Source: Cycas panzhihuaensis
Lineage: Eukaryota; Plantae; Cycadophyta
Direction of reading: 5' to 3'
Assembly: GCA_023213395.1 (NCBI GenBank)
Contig: CM041465.1
Span: 209,691,741 to 209,755,740, forward strand
DNA: 64,000 bases
In this document: positions 1 to 15,155 of the stretch, one piece after another
Layout of the letters: every line of letters starts with the position of its first letter
Position numbering within the stretch: position 1 is the stretch's first letter
Notes under the pieces: model-generated
Seen by the model: only the letters and a program-made list of their open reading frames with translations
Told to the model about the DNA's origin: nothing
Database searches by the model: none
Position numbers and translations under genes: made by a program

Positions 1-1088
1 TGTTTAGGACTTGCTTGATTACTCAAGACTTAGAATCCCTTGTGTATAAGCTTATCCTCTCCTAAGGATAAATACTTCTCTATGTTAGGAGTCTTTTAAT
101 TAATTAAGACTTGATATCCCCATCGTACAAACTACTCCTTCCTTAAGATCATCTATTTCTAGTCATGTTCTAAATGCTAGAGGAGGTGGCTTACTATTAT
201 CATTTAGGTTAAGAATTAATTCCTCTTTCTACCTTCATCTTTAAGTGTGGGAACTCATTAGAATCAACTATAGGCACCCCTAAGTTGTTCATCTGCATGG
301 ATGGATCATCACCAAGTAAGGAAGTCTACAATAATTAACGCTTGATAGGGTCACTAATCTAGGGTCTAAGCTCTTCTAGGTCCTCACGCTTATCAATCCT
401 CCTACTCTTTAGCTAGTACGATGTAGATTACTCCTTTTTAAGTGAGAATAGAGGTCTAAGTTAGACTTTTATCCATATAAAGATTTTATGGATATATATA
501 GAGGAAACCTAAGATGAATACTTTGGGTTAAGGATCCCCAATAATCTTTTTACCTATTAGAGAGTTACTTGTGACCTCCTTGAGATTAAGGGGACTTTTG
601 TCTAATTTAATTCATTGATTTAAGTGCTAATGGTATTTGAGTTCTATTTGATTTTATTATATATATGTGAAGTAGCTTAATTTGTAAGTTAGTTCAATCT
701 ATACATCTTTCATCTAGCACACAAGTAAAGAGACTTCTTCAGAGAGGTTGATTGAAAGGTCCACCCTTGAGACATATCATCATTAGTTCCTTTTCACATA
801 GATTTAATAGGTCGTTGGTCCTAAGATGTGAAACCATTTTTAATGACCATACTGAGGAATTACTAAAGCTTCTTAGCTATGTGTTTTAGACTCATATCTT
901 GCACACTTGCTTGAGTCCTTCACTAAATTACATCTAGTCTAATTCACTTTATAAGACCTTTCTATGCTAGTTTATTGACTCTATCATATATCATTCCATA
1001 GATCACCATAGATTATTTCCTCATCTTAGTTCTGAAGCACCCATGTCTTATCTTCATACCCCTCTTACATATCCTTATGAGTAGAACC

Positions 1089-1393
1089 TGCTGGATGTTA
1101 ATAAATCAAAGTCATTAGATTAATTATATGAAGGTGACTTTATGTTAGCTAAGTCACATAGTTAAATGTAATTTAATTTATATTTAAGTATATTTTGGGA
1201 TCATGTCATTAGGCATAAAACTCCTTTGGAAACCCTAATGTACATCCTCTGATATATAAGCCTAAATATAAAAGGGAGAGTCATAATTCTCACCTTTTAT
1301 TTTTGCTCTCAATCTTGTTCTCTTCATTTTGCTCTTATTATATGCTATTGCTTTAATGTAGTGGAGTGTGACAACTAGATACTTTACCCAACA
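1089..1393 (+). repeat. 5' LTR of copia A
   Basis: Begins TG, ends CCCAACA, followed by the PBS; contains TATATAAG; matches 15602-15910. Confidence 0.92.
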
Positions 1394-1395
1394 AC

Positions 1396-1405
1396 TGGTA
1401 TCAGA
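1396..1405 (+). promoter_or_regulatory. Primer binding site (tRNA-iMet) of copia A
   Basis: TGGTATCAGA, 2 nt after the LTR end; complementary to the 3' end of initiator Met tRNA. Confidence 0.9.
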
Positions 1406-3431
1406 TCTATTATTAACCCCATTTCCCCACTAGGCTTGCAGAGAGCTATTAATACCTTTCACTCACAATTCATGTGAGTTTGAGATCTTATTTAAGAATT
1501 TTATTTCGAATTAGAGAGCTTAAAATTATATTATTTTATATGTTACTATATTTGATATACGTGCAGAATTTTAGAGGTGAAAAGACTAATTTTTGAAGCC
1601 GTCTGGTTGCCAAAACAACCTCAGAAGCATTAAAGGCCTAAAATTTTATAAAAAATTTGACCATCTCAGATTTTAAAAAAATTTGATATTTATGGTCACC
1701 TAGCTAAGAGAATCATTTTTATCTTTTAGAGTATCTTTAGATTCAACCTATAACAACCATTTTTGGCTAAAATAAAAGGTTAAAATTTATGAATGAGTAA
1801 CCTATGACACCATTCTTAATAAAATCCTTTAAATATGAGCTAAAAATCTTTTTTTTTTTAGGGATCTAGTATATTTGTATCTCTGGAGCATTTCAAGATA
1901 AATCTCATCAAATTTCATCTACTAGTTAATGAGATCTTTGTAATTTTTTTATGGATACTGAATCTGCCTACTCAACCCCACAAAAAACGTTACGAGGATA
2001 TTCCAGGCAATTTTTTGTTCATTTTTAGAGATGATACAGAAGAAAAAGTTGATATACATATTAAGATGAAGCTTTTGACATACTAAAGTTTGGATTCTGA
2101 GACTATGAATATGCAAAGATTTTGCTTTTGTGCTTTTTTCAGGCAAAATCCTTTTATGCCTTTTTAGAAATCTAACTTCACTAACTTATTAGAAATAATA
2201 TTCTAAACATTTTTTTTTTTTAATCATAAATTCAAATTCTATCATTTAGGCCTCTATATTTATAATTTTAAAAAAAATTTACTAATTTATTACTATTTAT
2301 AAATTTTATTAAAAAAAATCATAAAATAGGACAAAATAACATGCATTTAGATTTAGAAAAATTAGTAATTTAGTAGTAATTTGATTTACTTTTTGACCTT
2401 TTATAGTTTTTGTATTGAAATTTCTAAAAATATATTTAGAAACATTATACTAAACTAAGGGAAACCTTGGATTGGAAGTAACATCTAGTTCTCCTACTAA
2501 ATCTAGCATGCTCTTTTGATTTTCATACATAGTATAAAGTAACAACAATAACAAAGAAAGCATGGAAGGCAATCAAGCACATTTGACATCTTTCTATTTC
2601 AGTTTTTAGTTCAAGTTATTTAGAAATAACTTGTGTTATTTCTTAAAAGGATTCTCATCTGTATGACTTATATCACCAGTTCTTGACTTGTGCACACACT
2701 TACCTTAGTTGAAATAGATCATAGTTAGCTGAAGTATAGGCCCTAAGGGAGGTGTGTGTTTCATATTAGGTCTAGTCTTAACCAAAATAATGGTAGAAGG
2801 ATAAGTTAGGCATACCTACATCCTCCAATGAGGGATAATCTTGATAACCACCCAAGAAAACTAAAAACTTTAATCAAGATTACAATATACCTAGTCTAAT
2901 ATCCATCATAGTTATAGGATATACATGTACTATTTGACTCTTTGAAGGAGGTATATAACTACTCACTGGTGAACTAGGTGAGGACTAGGAGTACTTGGGC
3001 TCCACTATGACTTGGATTTCATCATTAAGCGCAGGTGTAAGTATTGTAGATGAAGGCCCTAATACATATACTACAAGCCCCATTGGGCATCGACACCTCA
3101 ACTACTTTGGACTTGAGATAGCAGTTTAGGTTTGATTATACATGCTACATTAGACTTGGTTTTTTAGTTATATGCATCCACATGTTGGCTTCTACATGGG
3201 TATAATCTTGATTTATGATCACATGAAATATTATTTATCTTTGTGATCTTTATATTATCATTTGTACACATCATTAAACACTATTATGTTAGGAGTATTT
3301 GCCATAAGTGTTGGTGGCCTATTATCATTACTTGCTACTTAATCATATTTCTCCATGATGTGCCAGGTGTATCAGCCACACGTATCAGTGATATTTTTAT
3401 TTACTATTTCTTTTACTTTATCATCTTCACT

Positions 3432-6400
3432 ATGTCTTCTTAATTTAAGTAGAATATAAACTACATCTTAAAAGAAAAAGATAATTGGGATCTATGGTAT
3501 ATTAGAATCAAGAATACTACTAAGTATGAAGGCCTTTGGAGAGCCCATTTGCAACTTATACCTATTATTCTTATGACATCAACATCACTTGCCTATGGAG
3601 GAACACCACGTATAGCTCCAACAGATCCTATAAATAAATTATAATGGGAAATCAATAATGAGAAGATTCATATATCTATTCTATTAGTGACTGATCACTC
3701 CTTGCATAATCTAATTGATGAAGAACAATACGATACAACTTGGAAAGTCCCCGAGGTTCTTAAAAAGAATTTTGATACAAAGTCTGATCTTAAATTTGTT
3801 TATCTAGTCTTAAAGATGAATAAAATAAAGATATAGAAGGGATGTGCACATGAAACAATCAACCTTTTTCATCCAATCAAATAAGTAATAGACAAAGATT
3901 TTAAGACCCAATATATTACATGAGCATTCCTCATACAATCATGTTTATATATATCTGATTATAAGAACTTACTTGGGAGTCTTCAATCAAGTGGAATGTT
4001 GAAGACACTTAACTTCAAAGTTCTTGTAGAGAAGTTTATAGAATTTGATAAGACCTTTGATACTAATTTTACAACTTCAAATCCTCTTCCGTATGCGTCT
4101 TTTGATGTGGAAGAAGAAGTATGCTTCTCAAAGAATCAAGATCCCTCCCATGGTAGAGGAAATAACCAAGTAAGAGGTAGAGGATGAGGTAGAGGAAATT
4201 AACTATAATGGTCAATAGAACTCTCAACAATAACATTCTAGATAGTCTCAAGGCCAAGCACTAACTTTTAATGCAAGACAGTCAGGCCAAACCAGTACTT
4301 TAGGGAAAGAAATCAGATTATCATATGAGAAAGGTATAATAGGAAAAGACACCTTACAAAGGATTGTCGTATACTTACATACAATTTTCCTAAGTTTCAA
4401 CAGAAATACAAGGCTTATAATGTTGATGAAATATATGAAGAACAATTTAGTAGAACATGTTTTGCTCAAGCATACATTCAAAGACTTGAGGGAAGAACCA
4501 TTGATCAAACTAAGAGGTGTTTTAAAGCTCATTATGGCTATGCCACTTGTGATCTTGAATCACCAATGTAAACCCCTCTTGGAGTTACAAATAGCATAAT
4601 TTCAGACACCTCTTCATGGATCATGGATAAATGAGAGATATAGCATATGACCTGTAATTGAGATCTATATCTAACTTTTGATTCCAATATATATGGTGTT
4701 ATTCACATGGATGACAAATCCTAATAATAGGTTGAAGGTATTAGGAACATACACCTAAAATTCCTAGGCTTGAAAGACTTTACATTACTTGATATCCTAT
4801 ATATTTCTAATATGAAATAAAACCTACTCTCCTTATCTACTCTTGTCTCTCGTGGATTCAATCTTAGTGTTACCATAAATGACCAAACTCTTTAGGTCAT
4901 TCACCCTCCAATAAATCAAGTGGTCTTGATTGGAAACTTATTGGTAAATTATTTAAGTTGAATGACTTCCCATCTTCTGAAACTAATTGTGCTCAAAGCC
5001 CTTGTATTGATGAAGACTTTACTTTTAATACCACTTTGACACACTCTAATTTGTCCCTAGAAACTCTTTGGTATGCTCGCATGGGCCATATTCATATTAA
5101 TCAACTTAGAGATCTTTGTTATAGCCTTTTAGGTCTGACCAAGTTCTCCTCTAAGCCCTTTAAATGTGAAATATGTATAATAGCCAAATCTCATAGATAA
5201 CCCTTTACTGATAGTTAATGGAAATTGAGTCATCCTCTTCAATTGGTAAACTCTAATCTATACGGATCAATGCCATTCTATCATTGAAGCAAAACTTATA
5301 TTATATATCCTTCATTGATGATTTTACTAAGAAAATGTGGGTGGCTTTTCTAACTAGGAAATATGAGTAATTTAGTATCTTTAAAGTTTTAAAAACTTGT
5401 ACTAAAAAGGAGTCAGGTTATCAGATTAAGTATCTCTAAACATATAGTAGTGGAGAATACACCTCTACTAAGTTTGAAACTTATCTATGAGATAATGACA
5501 TCAAGTGTCATACTATAATAGTAGGCACCTCCCAACAAAATAGAGTTGTCAAGCGTATGAATAGGTCTATTATGAATATGGATCGAGCTATGCTAGTTTA
5601 TAAAAATGTACCTACTTACCTATGGGCAAAAGTAATTTAGATAGTTGTTTATTGCATGAATGCTACCATCCCAACTAAAGGAGGAACTTCTTATAATGAA
5701 AAGTGGACTAGATAGGCCCCCACTACCTACCACTTCAAAATATTTAGCTCAATATATTATGCCTATATACTAGATGGAGATAGAAATAAACTCTAGCCTA
5801 GGGTACTTAATGGCACCTTTATTAGATACCCTATAGACAAGGAAGGGTACAAGGTCTTTATATCTTCACAACAGAAGATTATCATCACTAGACATATGAT
5901 GTTTACTGAAACATAGGATCAATTATTACAATTAAACTCAAAAATATTGAACTACTATTATTATGATACTACTCAATATGATGTATAGATTCCAAAATTT
6001 GGGAGGTAAGACACTCAAGAGTTAGTTAAACTATTAGAATCTAACAATAGAGCCATGGTAGATAGTAGTTGTGACTCTAAACTAATGAGTGCACATCATG
6101 CACTACCATTCAAGAACAATAGAGTTGATAAAGGTAAAGTAATGGTAGATGGACTATGCTCCCCAGATGTGCCAACATCCTCTTTAATAAATATATAAAA
6201 TGATCCTTTTTAGGACCTAAACAAAAATCATGTAGTTGGAGAAATGAAGACCTCATTCCTAACTTAAGGTTCTCATGAAGCCTGCCAGCTAAATAAGGAT
6301 ATACAGCCTGATGAGGTAGGAAAAATTGGCACTTGAACTACCTATAGAGCCAAGATATAGGAATCACTTTTTATTGAGTTATAATTAATAGAACTACATC

Positions 6401-6907
6401 TTGCTCTCAATGAAGATCCTTTCTAGTACCAAGAAGCTATAAAGCACATAGCTTGGAGGAATGGTATAAATGAAGAATATCAGTCTCTTATAAAAAATGA
6501 TACATGGGAGCTCATCAATCTACTACTTAGAAGAAAGATAGTTTGAAACAAATGGATGCACAAAAATAAATATAGATCTGATGGCACCCTTGAAAAACAC
6601 AAGGTGAGGTTGGTATCAAAGGGATTCATACAAAAGGAAAGCACTGACTACATTGAAATCTTTACACCTACAACTAAGTAGCCCACAATCAAAACTCTTG
6701 TGGCCTTAGTAGCTCAACTGGGCTACAAGATTCACTAGCTCGATATTAAAACTATATTTTTTAATGGTGATCTTGAAGAAGAAATCTACATTGCTTAGCC
6801 TGAAGGATTTGAGGTTTCTAGTCTAGAGCATAAGGTGTACAGGCTCAAAAAGTCCTTGTACAACCTTAAACAAGCCCCTTATACTTAGTTCACTAAGTTG
6901 TCAGGAA
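3432..6907 (+). pseudogene. copia A gag-protease-integrase-RT (5' part), many stops
   Basis: Gag start MSS...KDNWDLWYIRIK. GAG-pre-integrase LWYARMGHI...CEIC (4958-5200). Integrase FIDDFTKKMWV and PQQNRVVKRMNR. RT KNDTWEL, KVRLVSKGF, KKSLYNLKQAP. Confidence 0.9.
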
Positions 6908-7387
6908 TGTTAGAGAGAGAGTTTTGATTAGATATCATATGTACATTGGTTTAATAAATAAGATTTATCAAAGCACTTCAAAATAATAAAGCATGTTTAC
7001 AAATATAATTATTACCACTGAATAATCATGTTTGATAGGGGAAAACCCCTTTAGGGGATTAAAAACTACCTCTTAAAATAAATAATAATTATTATAATAT
7101 ATATGTATATTATAGTTATATTGCTAATGAGGATCTCATCCTCTCTCAACGTCATGTAGCATGTAACAACATTTGACAGCAATGACCTCTTGGTCATCTA
7201 TTTCCTCCTACGTCACCTCAACCCTTTAACATTTTAAACCTTCATACCAACTTCCTAAAATGTAGGATGGGATAAATAGGAAGAGGTTCATTGAAATGAG
7301 AAGTTATCATTTTAATGAACCATTAATAAGTAATATTAATAAAGTGAGTAAAAATAATATTAGAATAAATATATCATTAATCTAACA
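6908..7387 (-). repeat. 3' LTR of copia B
   Basis: TGTTAGAG...TCTAACA, adjacent to the PPT; matches 13637-14117. Confidence 0.93.
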
Positions 7388-7451
7388 TCCCCCTTTAATG
7401 TTATCTTTTGTAATACAGAAAGAAGAAGAGAAGATGAAGATAAAGAAGGCT

Positions 7452-10400
7452 TTAATATGTTGATCTCCCTTTGATGAGGACTTCTTTAATCTTTAATAAC
7501 TCTATGAGCTTTAGAAACTTTACTTTGGTTAATGGTTTTATGAGAATATTTGCAATCTCCAAGTCTATAGGATAATCAGATAAGTGAATAATATCATCAT
7601 TTACAAGATTACATATAAAGTATTGATGTAATTTTGTGTGTTTTATTCTAGAGTGAGCAACATGATTAGCAATAATAGAAATCACACCTTGATTATCATC
7701 TTTAATTTCAATTAGAGAGTTGGGATATAATTCAAGTTCACTTAATAGAGATTTAAGCCAGAGTGATTCTTTACGAGCTTCAACAAGTATATAATATTCA
7801 GCTTCAGTTATGGATAGGGCTAATGCTTTCATTTTCTTGCTAGACTAAGTAATTGGTGAAGAGTCTAAAAAGAAAATATAACTTGCAGTTGACTTATAAT
7901 TATCTGAGTCTCCTGCCCAGTTTGAATCTATATAGCCTGCTAATTTTAGGATGGTACTACATGAATGATAAGTTAGGCCATGGAATATTATACCTTGTAG
8001 GTATCTTAAGATTCATTTTATAGCTTTCCAGTGAGACTCATGAAGTTTTTGCATGTATCTAGAGTAAAGAGCTACATCATACGAGATGTCTAGGCAATTA
8101 TGTGTTAGGTAGATTAAACTGCCTATAAGTTGGCAATAAGTGGTAGGATCAAGAAGTGGTGTTTGACAGTCAGTAGATAGTTTTACTCCTAATTGTAAAG
8201 GATTTGGGGCTAGTTTGGTATTTTCTATATTAAATCTTTTGATCAAATCAAGTGTATACTTGGGTTGTAAAATAGTTATCTTTAAATTAGTTTAGCAAAT
8301 TTGCAAACCTAAGAAATAATGTAAAAGACCTAAGTTGGTCATTTCAAATTTATGCATTAAGATAGATTTTAATTGATGAATGTTTGTAATTAAAGATCTA
8401 GTTATAATTATATCATCTATGTAAAGAATTAAGATAATAATATTTATATTTTCACATTTGAAGTAGAGATTGGGATCACTAATGCACTTAGTATATTCAT
8501 TTTATGTAAGGTAATCATCTATCTTTATATACCAAGCTCAAGGAGTTTATTTTAAACCATATAAAGATCTTTTTAACTTACAAAGAAGATTAGGATTATC
8601 TATAAAACTAGGTGGTTGTTTTATATAGATTTCTTCTTTGAGATTACCATTTAAAAAGGCACTTTTAAAATCCATTTGATGAATTTGCTAATTAAATTTG
8701 GCTGCTAAAACTAAGATAGTTTTAATAGTATTTATTTTAGCTACAAGAGTAAAGGTTTTGGTATAACCAATACTGTTAATTTGAGAAAAACCTTTGGCTA
8801 CTAGTTGAGCCTTATATTTTTCAGTATCTCCTTCAGAGTTATATTTTGTTTAGTAAACCCATTTATAGTCTACTAATTTTTTTCCAGGGGGGAGTGTAAC
8901 TAAGTCTCAAGTTAAATTCTTTTTAAGTGTATCAAATTTAGCTTACATAGTTTGTTGCCATATAGGATTGTTATTTGCTTCCTTAAAGGTTTTTGAATCA
9001 TCTGTAGCCATGAATTTGACCATTAGTGCAAAGTTTACTTGACGCTTTTGAGAACGCATTTTCTTGGTAGCTAATGGATTTCCAGCATCAGATCCATCAT
9101 TAGAGAGAGTCTTCTATGCCCACACTAGTTGTTTGTTCTTTGTAGAAATATAGGTAGAGGGTTGATCGGATGTATTTAATTGATTAGTAGAAGATTCAGT
9201 TAATGTCTAATTCTAAACTTATTGGACAGGGATTATATCGATTCAGGATTAACTTGTTTATAAGAGGGGTCTGATAAATAAGTGTTAGTTAATAAATTCT
9301 TGACAAGAAGTTCTATATAAGTGGTATTTAATGAAGATCCCTCTTCATCAAATACAACATCATGTAGAATCAAAATCTTGTGCGTGATTGGATCAAGAAG
9401 CCTATAAGCATTACTTTCTTTAATGTAGCCAACAAAGATGTATTTAGAACTTTTAGGGTTAAGTTTCTTATGTTTTTCTTTAGGAACATTCCCCCATGCA
9501 ACACTTCCAAAGATTTTAATATGTTTGATAGAAGGCTTTCGACCAAATCATTTCTATTCTGGTGTAACATTATGTAGGGATTTGCTTGGTAATTAATTTA
9601 AAAGATAGTTAGAGCATGCTATTACTTCAGCCTATGACTTTAGATCTAGACCTTTTGCATGTAACATGTATAGAATCATTTTGACAAGAGTATGGTTCTT
9701 ACATTCAACAACACTATTTTGTTGAGGGGTATAGGCAATGGAATGCTAGAATTGTATTCTGTACTTTTTGCAGTATGAGGTAAATTTATCACAGACGTAT
9801 TCTTTTGTGTTATCTGATCTAAATATTTTTATTTTAGAGTTAATTTAATTTTCTACTAATGTTTTAAATTCAATAAAAATGTTAAAGACCTGATTTCTTG
9901 TTTTAAGCATATAAACCCAATATTTTCTAGAAAAACCATTGATGAAAATGATGAAATATTTACTTCCAGAGTATGATGGTACTTAGAAAGGACCATAAAT
10001 GTTAGAGTGTACAAGTTCAAGTGAAACTTTTACTCTGAATGTAGTCTTATATGGAAAAAGATCTATGTGTTACTTACTTATCAAACATGATTCACAAATA
10101 CCATAGACTATATTTAGGGTGGGCAATCTATGAACCATATCATGTTTACTTAAATACTAAAGTTTTCCATAACTAGTATGGCCAAACCGAGCATGCCATA
10201 ACTTGTCGATTAGATCAGATTTAGTTATGAAGGCATTGAAAGATTTTGTTTTAGAATGTTAAAAACTTGTTAAGTTATAAAGATATGTTTTATAATTTGC
10301 AGGTCTTGAAGCAATTACTTTAAAATTGTTTAAAGGTTATTTGGTAACAAATCTATCTTTCTAGAATTTAACAATAAGGTCTTTCTGGCATATTTGATAA

Positions 10401-11645
10401 CTGAAAGAAGATTCACTAATAATCTAGGAAAGAAAAATAGATCCTTGATAGAACCATATTTTAAAGAAACATCTTCTATTCCTTTAACTTTTAGTTATGA
10501 GCCACTTTCAAATGAGATTTTCTCTTCAGATTTAAGGTTAGAATGATATGATGATAAGTATTCTTGGTGTCCTATCATATGATGGGGTGTACTAGAATTG
10601 AGAATCCATAAGGGTGGTTAAGAAGTTAGAGGAGAAAAAACTGATGTAGAAGTAGTTAGAGAATGGTTAGGATTGTGGGATCATTGTTGGATCCCCTTAG
10701 AAGCTTTTCAGGCTTCAAAAGTAATTATATTCTTACAAACATCAATGGTGTATTCCTTTTTATGGTAATAAGTACAACTAATGTTTTAATTAGGATTAAA
10801 ATTAACAATATTCCTTTTTGGGAATGACTGTTTAGAGGTATTATGAGATTTAGATGATCCAAAATACTTAGTGTTATGATGAGGATTATTTGGAGTAGAT
10901 GAACCTCTATATGATTTTTAGAATTTGGGATGATTATGATGATTACTTTGATAGTTATTTTTAGGTTTATTAATTAGTTTTGACTTGGAAAAAAGAGCTT
11001 ATAAAGGATCTTTAAGTTTTCCAATTTAAATCAACATTATTTGATGTTTAATTAGTTGATTTTTTAATTGATTGAAGGTAATTGGTGAATGTCCTGCTTG
11101 CTACCTAGTAGTTTTGAAAAGGTTAAAATGTTTTAGAAGTTTATTGATTATGAGAAGGATGAGTGTATTGTTGTCTTTTGTATGTGTTACAGTGATAATT
11201 TTATCATCTACTTTTGTGGAAGACTTTATGAAATTACCTAAGTCTTTTTTAATAAGTTGAAGTTTGATAAGAAGCCTTCAACTTTAGAGAAGTCTTTATA
11301 GTTTGAATAATATATTTACTATTGTAGAATGGCTAACTTCTAATTATCAACCTTATCATATTTCTCCTTAAGTGAGTTCCAGACTGTGGCTAAATCATCT
11401 ATATCAAATAAGTCCTAACTAATGTCTAGGGAAAGAGAGGTTAGGATGGTGCCTATGGCTCTATCACAATTCATCAGGTATACCATATAGGTATCTGATG
11501 TTTTGTTTGTTGATTTAATAAATTCTCTCATTACATATCACCATAGCTTTTGCTATTTTAGGTGGTGAGATATTTGTGTTTTCCAATTAGCATAATTTGA
11601 CCTAGTTAATACTTGAATTAATGCATAGGATGTAGTCCCAGACAT
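7452..11645 (-). pseudogene. copia B gag-pol, degenerate
   Basis: Gag MSGTTSYALIQVLTRSNYANWK from 11645. RT YCQLIGSLIYLTHNCLDISY (8013-8246). Ty1 RNase H ALSITEAEY...DNQGVISI...HSRIKH (7452-7832). Integrase relics at ~9400-10080. Confidence 0.92.
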
Positions 11646-13636
11646 GAGTGCTATTGTGGGATAGACCAACGAAGAGATCTTCCTTTAGGAGGCAAGAGGT
11701 GGAAGACTTTTAAATGATGTTAATTCTATTTTTACAAACAAAAATATACTTCTAAGATGAATTTGTCAATATTAAAGATAAATCCACATTAAAATGTAAT
11801 TAACATTACCACTTGGTCATAAATAAAAAATCATCTTTAACACATCAGTTTACCATTAGAAAAATAAAGATAGCTCATTCAATTTTTTATGTTTAATATT
11901 GATTAGAAAATAGAGTAAAATAAACTTATTAACATTAATATTTATAGTTAATAATAAAAAAATATTAAATTTTTGATGAATTCTAAGCAATCATATGATC
12001 ATTGCATGTATTAAAGTTTAAATTAAAACATTTGGTGGACACAAATTTATTTCACTTTAATTTTTAATTAATTGCATAAAATTATTTAAAAATCATGAAA
12101 AAATTAATGAGTTTTGTTGAATTAAAATCAAATAATGAATATTTGCTAGCTTAAGATACTAGAATTGATAAATCATATGAAAATTTTCTTAAAAATGTTA
12201 CATACCTTAGCTTACCTAGGCATGGATACAGTCATATATTTAGGTGAGGTTTTGTAAGTCAAAATAACATCCAAATGGCTTGAGTAGCTAGTCAATGCAT
12301 CTGTATCTAAAATATGAATCTAACACTCTTCTTAGAATTGAATTTAGAATTTGTATGGTGAAGTTATTAAAAAAATAGCACAGGTACCCCCTTTAAGAAA
12401 AATAATTAAAAAAAAATAATTGTATAAGGGAATAAACCCCTTTTTAAAAGTTGGATTGAGGTCACATGGGAGACTTATATGGTCAAGAGCTAGAGGAGGG
12501 GGGGGCGGGCTAAAGTGGATCCAAAATGAGAGTTTAATTTAATTTAATTTAATTAAACTTTAAAAAAATAAAAATTAAATTAAAAGGTTGAAATGGGGGG
12601 TGGGGGGGCTTAGACCCAAAACGTTTATCAATTATTATGTAATGTTTTTATATTTGTAAAAACATTACATAAAAAATGATTTATCTACATGTCTGCCTTA
12701 CTCAATTTTAGTTAGGGTTTTTTCCTTTGTTTGCAATGGTCTTCCTTTGTTTTTGTAATGATCTTCCTTCATTTTTGTAAGTTCTTCCTATGTTTACAGG
12801 TTCTGGGTGATGGCAGCATGATCTTGGTGCTTTATTCAATGATTTGGGGCATCACCCCCATCTCCTTTATGCCATTTATCTAGGTATTTGATGGCTGGTT
12901 TTTGGTCCTCGTCTCTTCCATGGTTATAGCTACTTCAGTCTAGTTGCCTGTCCTACACTCCTCCGTGGTTGTAGCTCCTTCAGTCTAGTTACTAGTCCTT
13001 GATTGAAGATAGTTCTTGGAAATCTAATAATGTTCTACTTCAACCTCTCTGGTTTGAGGTATTTGTGTGGAGTGGTATCTTTTAACATGATCTTTGTGAT
13101 TAGTGCTTTTTGCGGTTTGGTTTTCCTTGGTGGTTGTTCTCTTTCTTTCCCCTATTTAGGGACTTTGAGAGGAGTAATGGTGTCTTTGTGCTTATTTGCA
13201 TCCCTTCATTAGATGCAACTTTTTATGTCCTGTTAACCATAATTCTTCTAATGGTTGATGGCATTTCCAAAGGTGTCTATAAGCAATGAGAGTAAGAGTA
13301 TGAGATGGCTGTGGTTGATAGATTGGTAACTGGTGGCTTCAATGTGGTTATGTTGATAACCAGAAGATTTTTTTTTTTTTTTTAAAGGTTTCCCTTAGAT
13401 TCCAATAAAAACTGCACTCCTTCTTCTTCTTTATATTTTTGTAAATCCTTGAGATGAATGGGTTTAAACCCAAAATTTGTAACTCTTTCTATTTTGTTAG
13501 TAGATGAATCCTTCTTGTTACAACATGTTGTAATGGAAAATTTGGAGTGTTGATTTGATTTTACTTAGTTTCTTTGAAACCTTCTTTTAGAAGTTCCTGT
13601 ATATAAAAAAAAATGAAATATCCTACTCTGATACCA

Positions 13637-14117
13637 TGTTAGAGAGAGGGTTTTGATTAGATATCATATGTACATTGGTTTAACAAATAAGATTTATCAA
13701 AGCACTTCAAAATAATAAAACATGTATGCAAATACAATTATCACCACTAAACAATCATGTTTGAAAGGGGGAAATCCCCTTTAGAGGATAAAAGACCACC
13801 TCCTAAAATAAATAATAATTATTATAAAATATATATACATTATAATTATGTTGATAAAAAGGATCTCATATTCTCTTAGTGTCATGCAACATGCAACAAC
13901 ATCTGACAGCAAGGACATCCTAGTCATCTACTTGCTCCTATGTCACCTCAGCCCTTTGACCATTTTGAACCTTCTTACCAACTTCCTAGAATGTAGGAAG
14001 GGATAAATAGGAAGAGGTTCATTGAAATGAGTAGTTATCATTTCAACAAATTATTAATAAGTAATATTAATAAAGTAAGTAAAGATAATATTAGAATAAA
14101 TATATTATAATCTAATA
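13637..14117 (-). repeat. 5' LTR of copia B
   Basis: Adjacent to the PBS at 13626-13636; matches 6908-7387. Confidence 0.93.
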
Positions 14118-14122
14118 AGAAA

Positions 14123-15155
14123 AAATAAGGCAATTTGGATATGAGGTTTGTGACTATCAAGATATTGATGCAACACTATTTATCAAATGTGAAAAAGATA
14201 AAGTTACTTATCTCTTAATCTTTATGGATAATATACTTATAATGGGGAACACTGAATAAGCAATCGACTAGCTAAAGAAGGACTTAACTAAAACGTTCGA
14301 ATTATCTAACTTTGGGCTGATGAAATACTACTTAGGGATTGAAGTCACTTAGAAAGATGGCAAAATCTTTCTTTCTGAAAAAAAATACATCAATGATCTT
14401 CTAATAAAGATTTAGTTATGAGATGCTTGAACTATAACCACTCTAATAGAACCTAATGTTAAATTCATAGTTGGTGGTAATGATCAAGAGGTAGACATAA
14501 TACTTTATAGGTAATTTGTAGGTAGTCTCATTTATATTACTAATGCAAGACCTAATATTGCATACGTTATTGGTATTTTTGCTCATTATATGACAAATCC
14601 TAAGCAAAATCACTAGCAGGAAGTAATGTAAGTGTTGAGGTATCTTAAGATGACCAATAAATATGGTATGTTGTATGAACCCAATTCAGAGTTCTAACTA
14701 TATGTATACATAGACTCAGACTTTGCTAGAGATAAAGACACAAGGAGATCCACGTCCAGGTATGTAAAGTTTCTTCGAATAGTACTAATATCATAGATAT
14801 CTAAATGACAAAAGACAATTACTAATTCAACTGCCAAAGCTAAATATACTACTACTTCTAAGATCAACAAAGAGGTGATATGGCTTGGGAAATTATTGGA
14901 AACATTGAATATCACCCAAATAAGTCATATTAGCATTCATATGGATAATCAATCAGCAATCCACATGGTGAAAAATCCTGTATTTCATGATTGTACCAAA
15001 CATATAAGTATAAAAGTTCACAGGATTCATGAACTAGTTCATGATAGCATAATTCAACTGGAGTACTATCCCACGGCAGATCAAGTGGCTAATATCTTTA
15101 CCATATCGCTACAAAGGATGAAGTTTGAATAGTTCTGTAGGTAGATTAGCCTTTG
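14123..15155 (+). pseudogene. copia A RT C-terminus and RNase H (3' part)
   Basis: VGSLIYITNARPNIAY, DSDFARDKDTRRSTS, MDNQSAIHMVKNPVFHDCTKHI...ADQVANIFT. Confidence 0.92.

Larger units (their letters stand above)
6908..14117 (-). mobile_element. Ty1/copia LTR retrotransposon B, nested antisense in the RT of A
   Basis: LTRs 6908-7387 and 13637-14117 (~480 bp). TSD AGGAA (6903-6907) / AGAAA (14118-14122). PBS reverse complement CTCTGATACCA at 13626-13636; PPT reverse complement TCCCCCTTTAA at 7388-7398. A's RT resumes after 14122. Confidence 0.95.

Noticed and set aside
631-643. TGGTATTTGAG as PBS of the gypsy-like host element
   Set aside because: Mismatched to the consensus, not preceded by CA, and no matching LTR identified.
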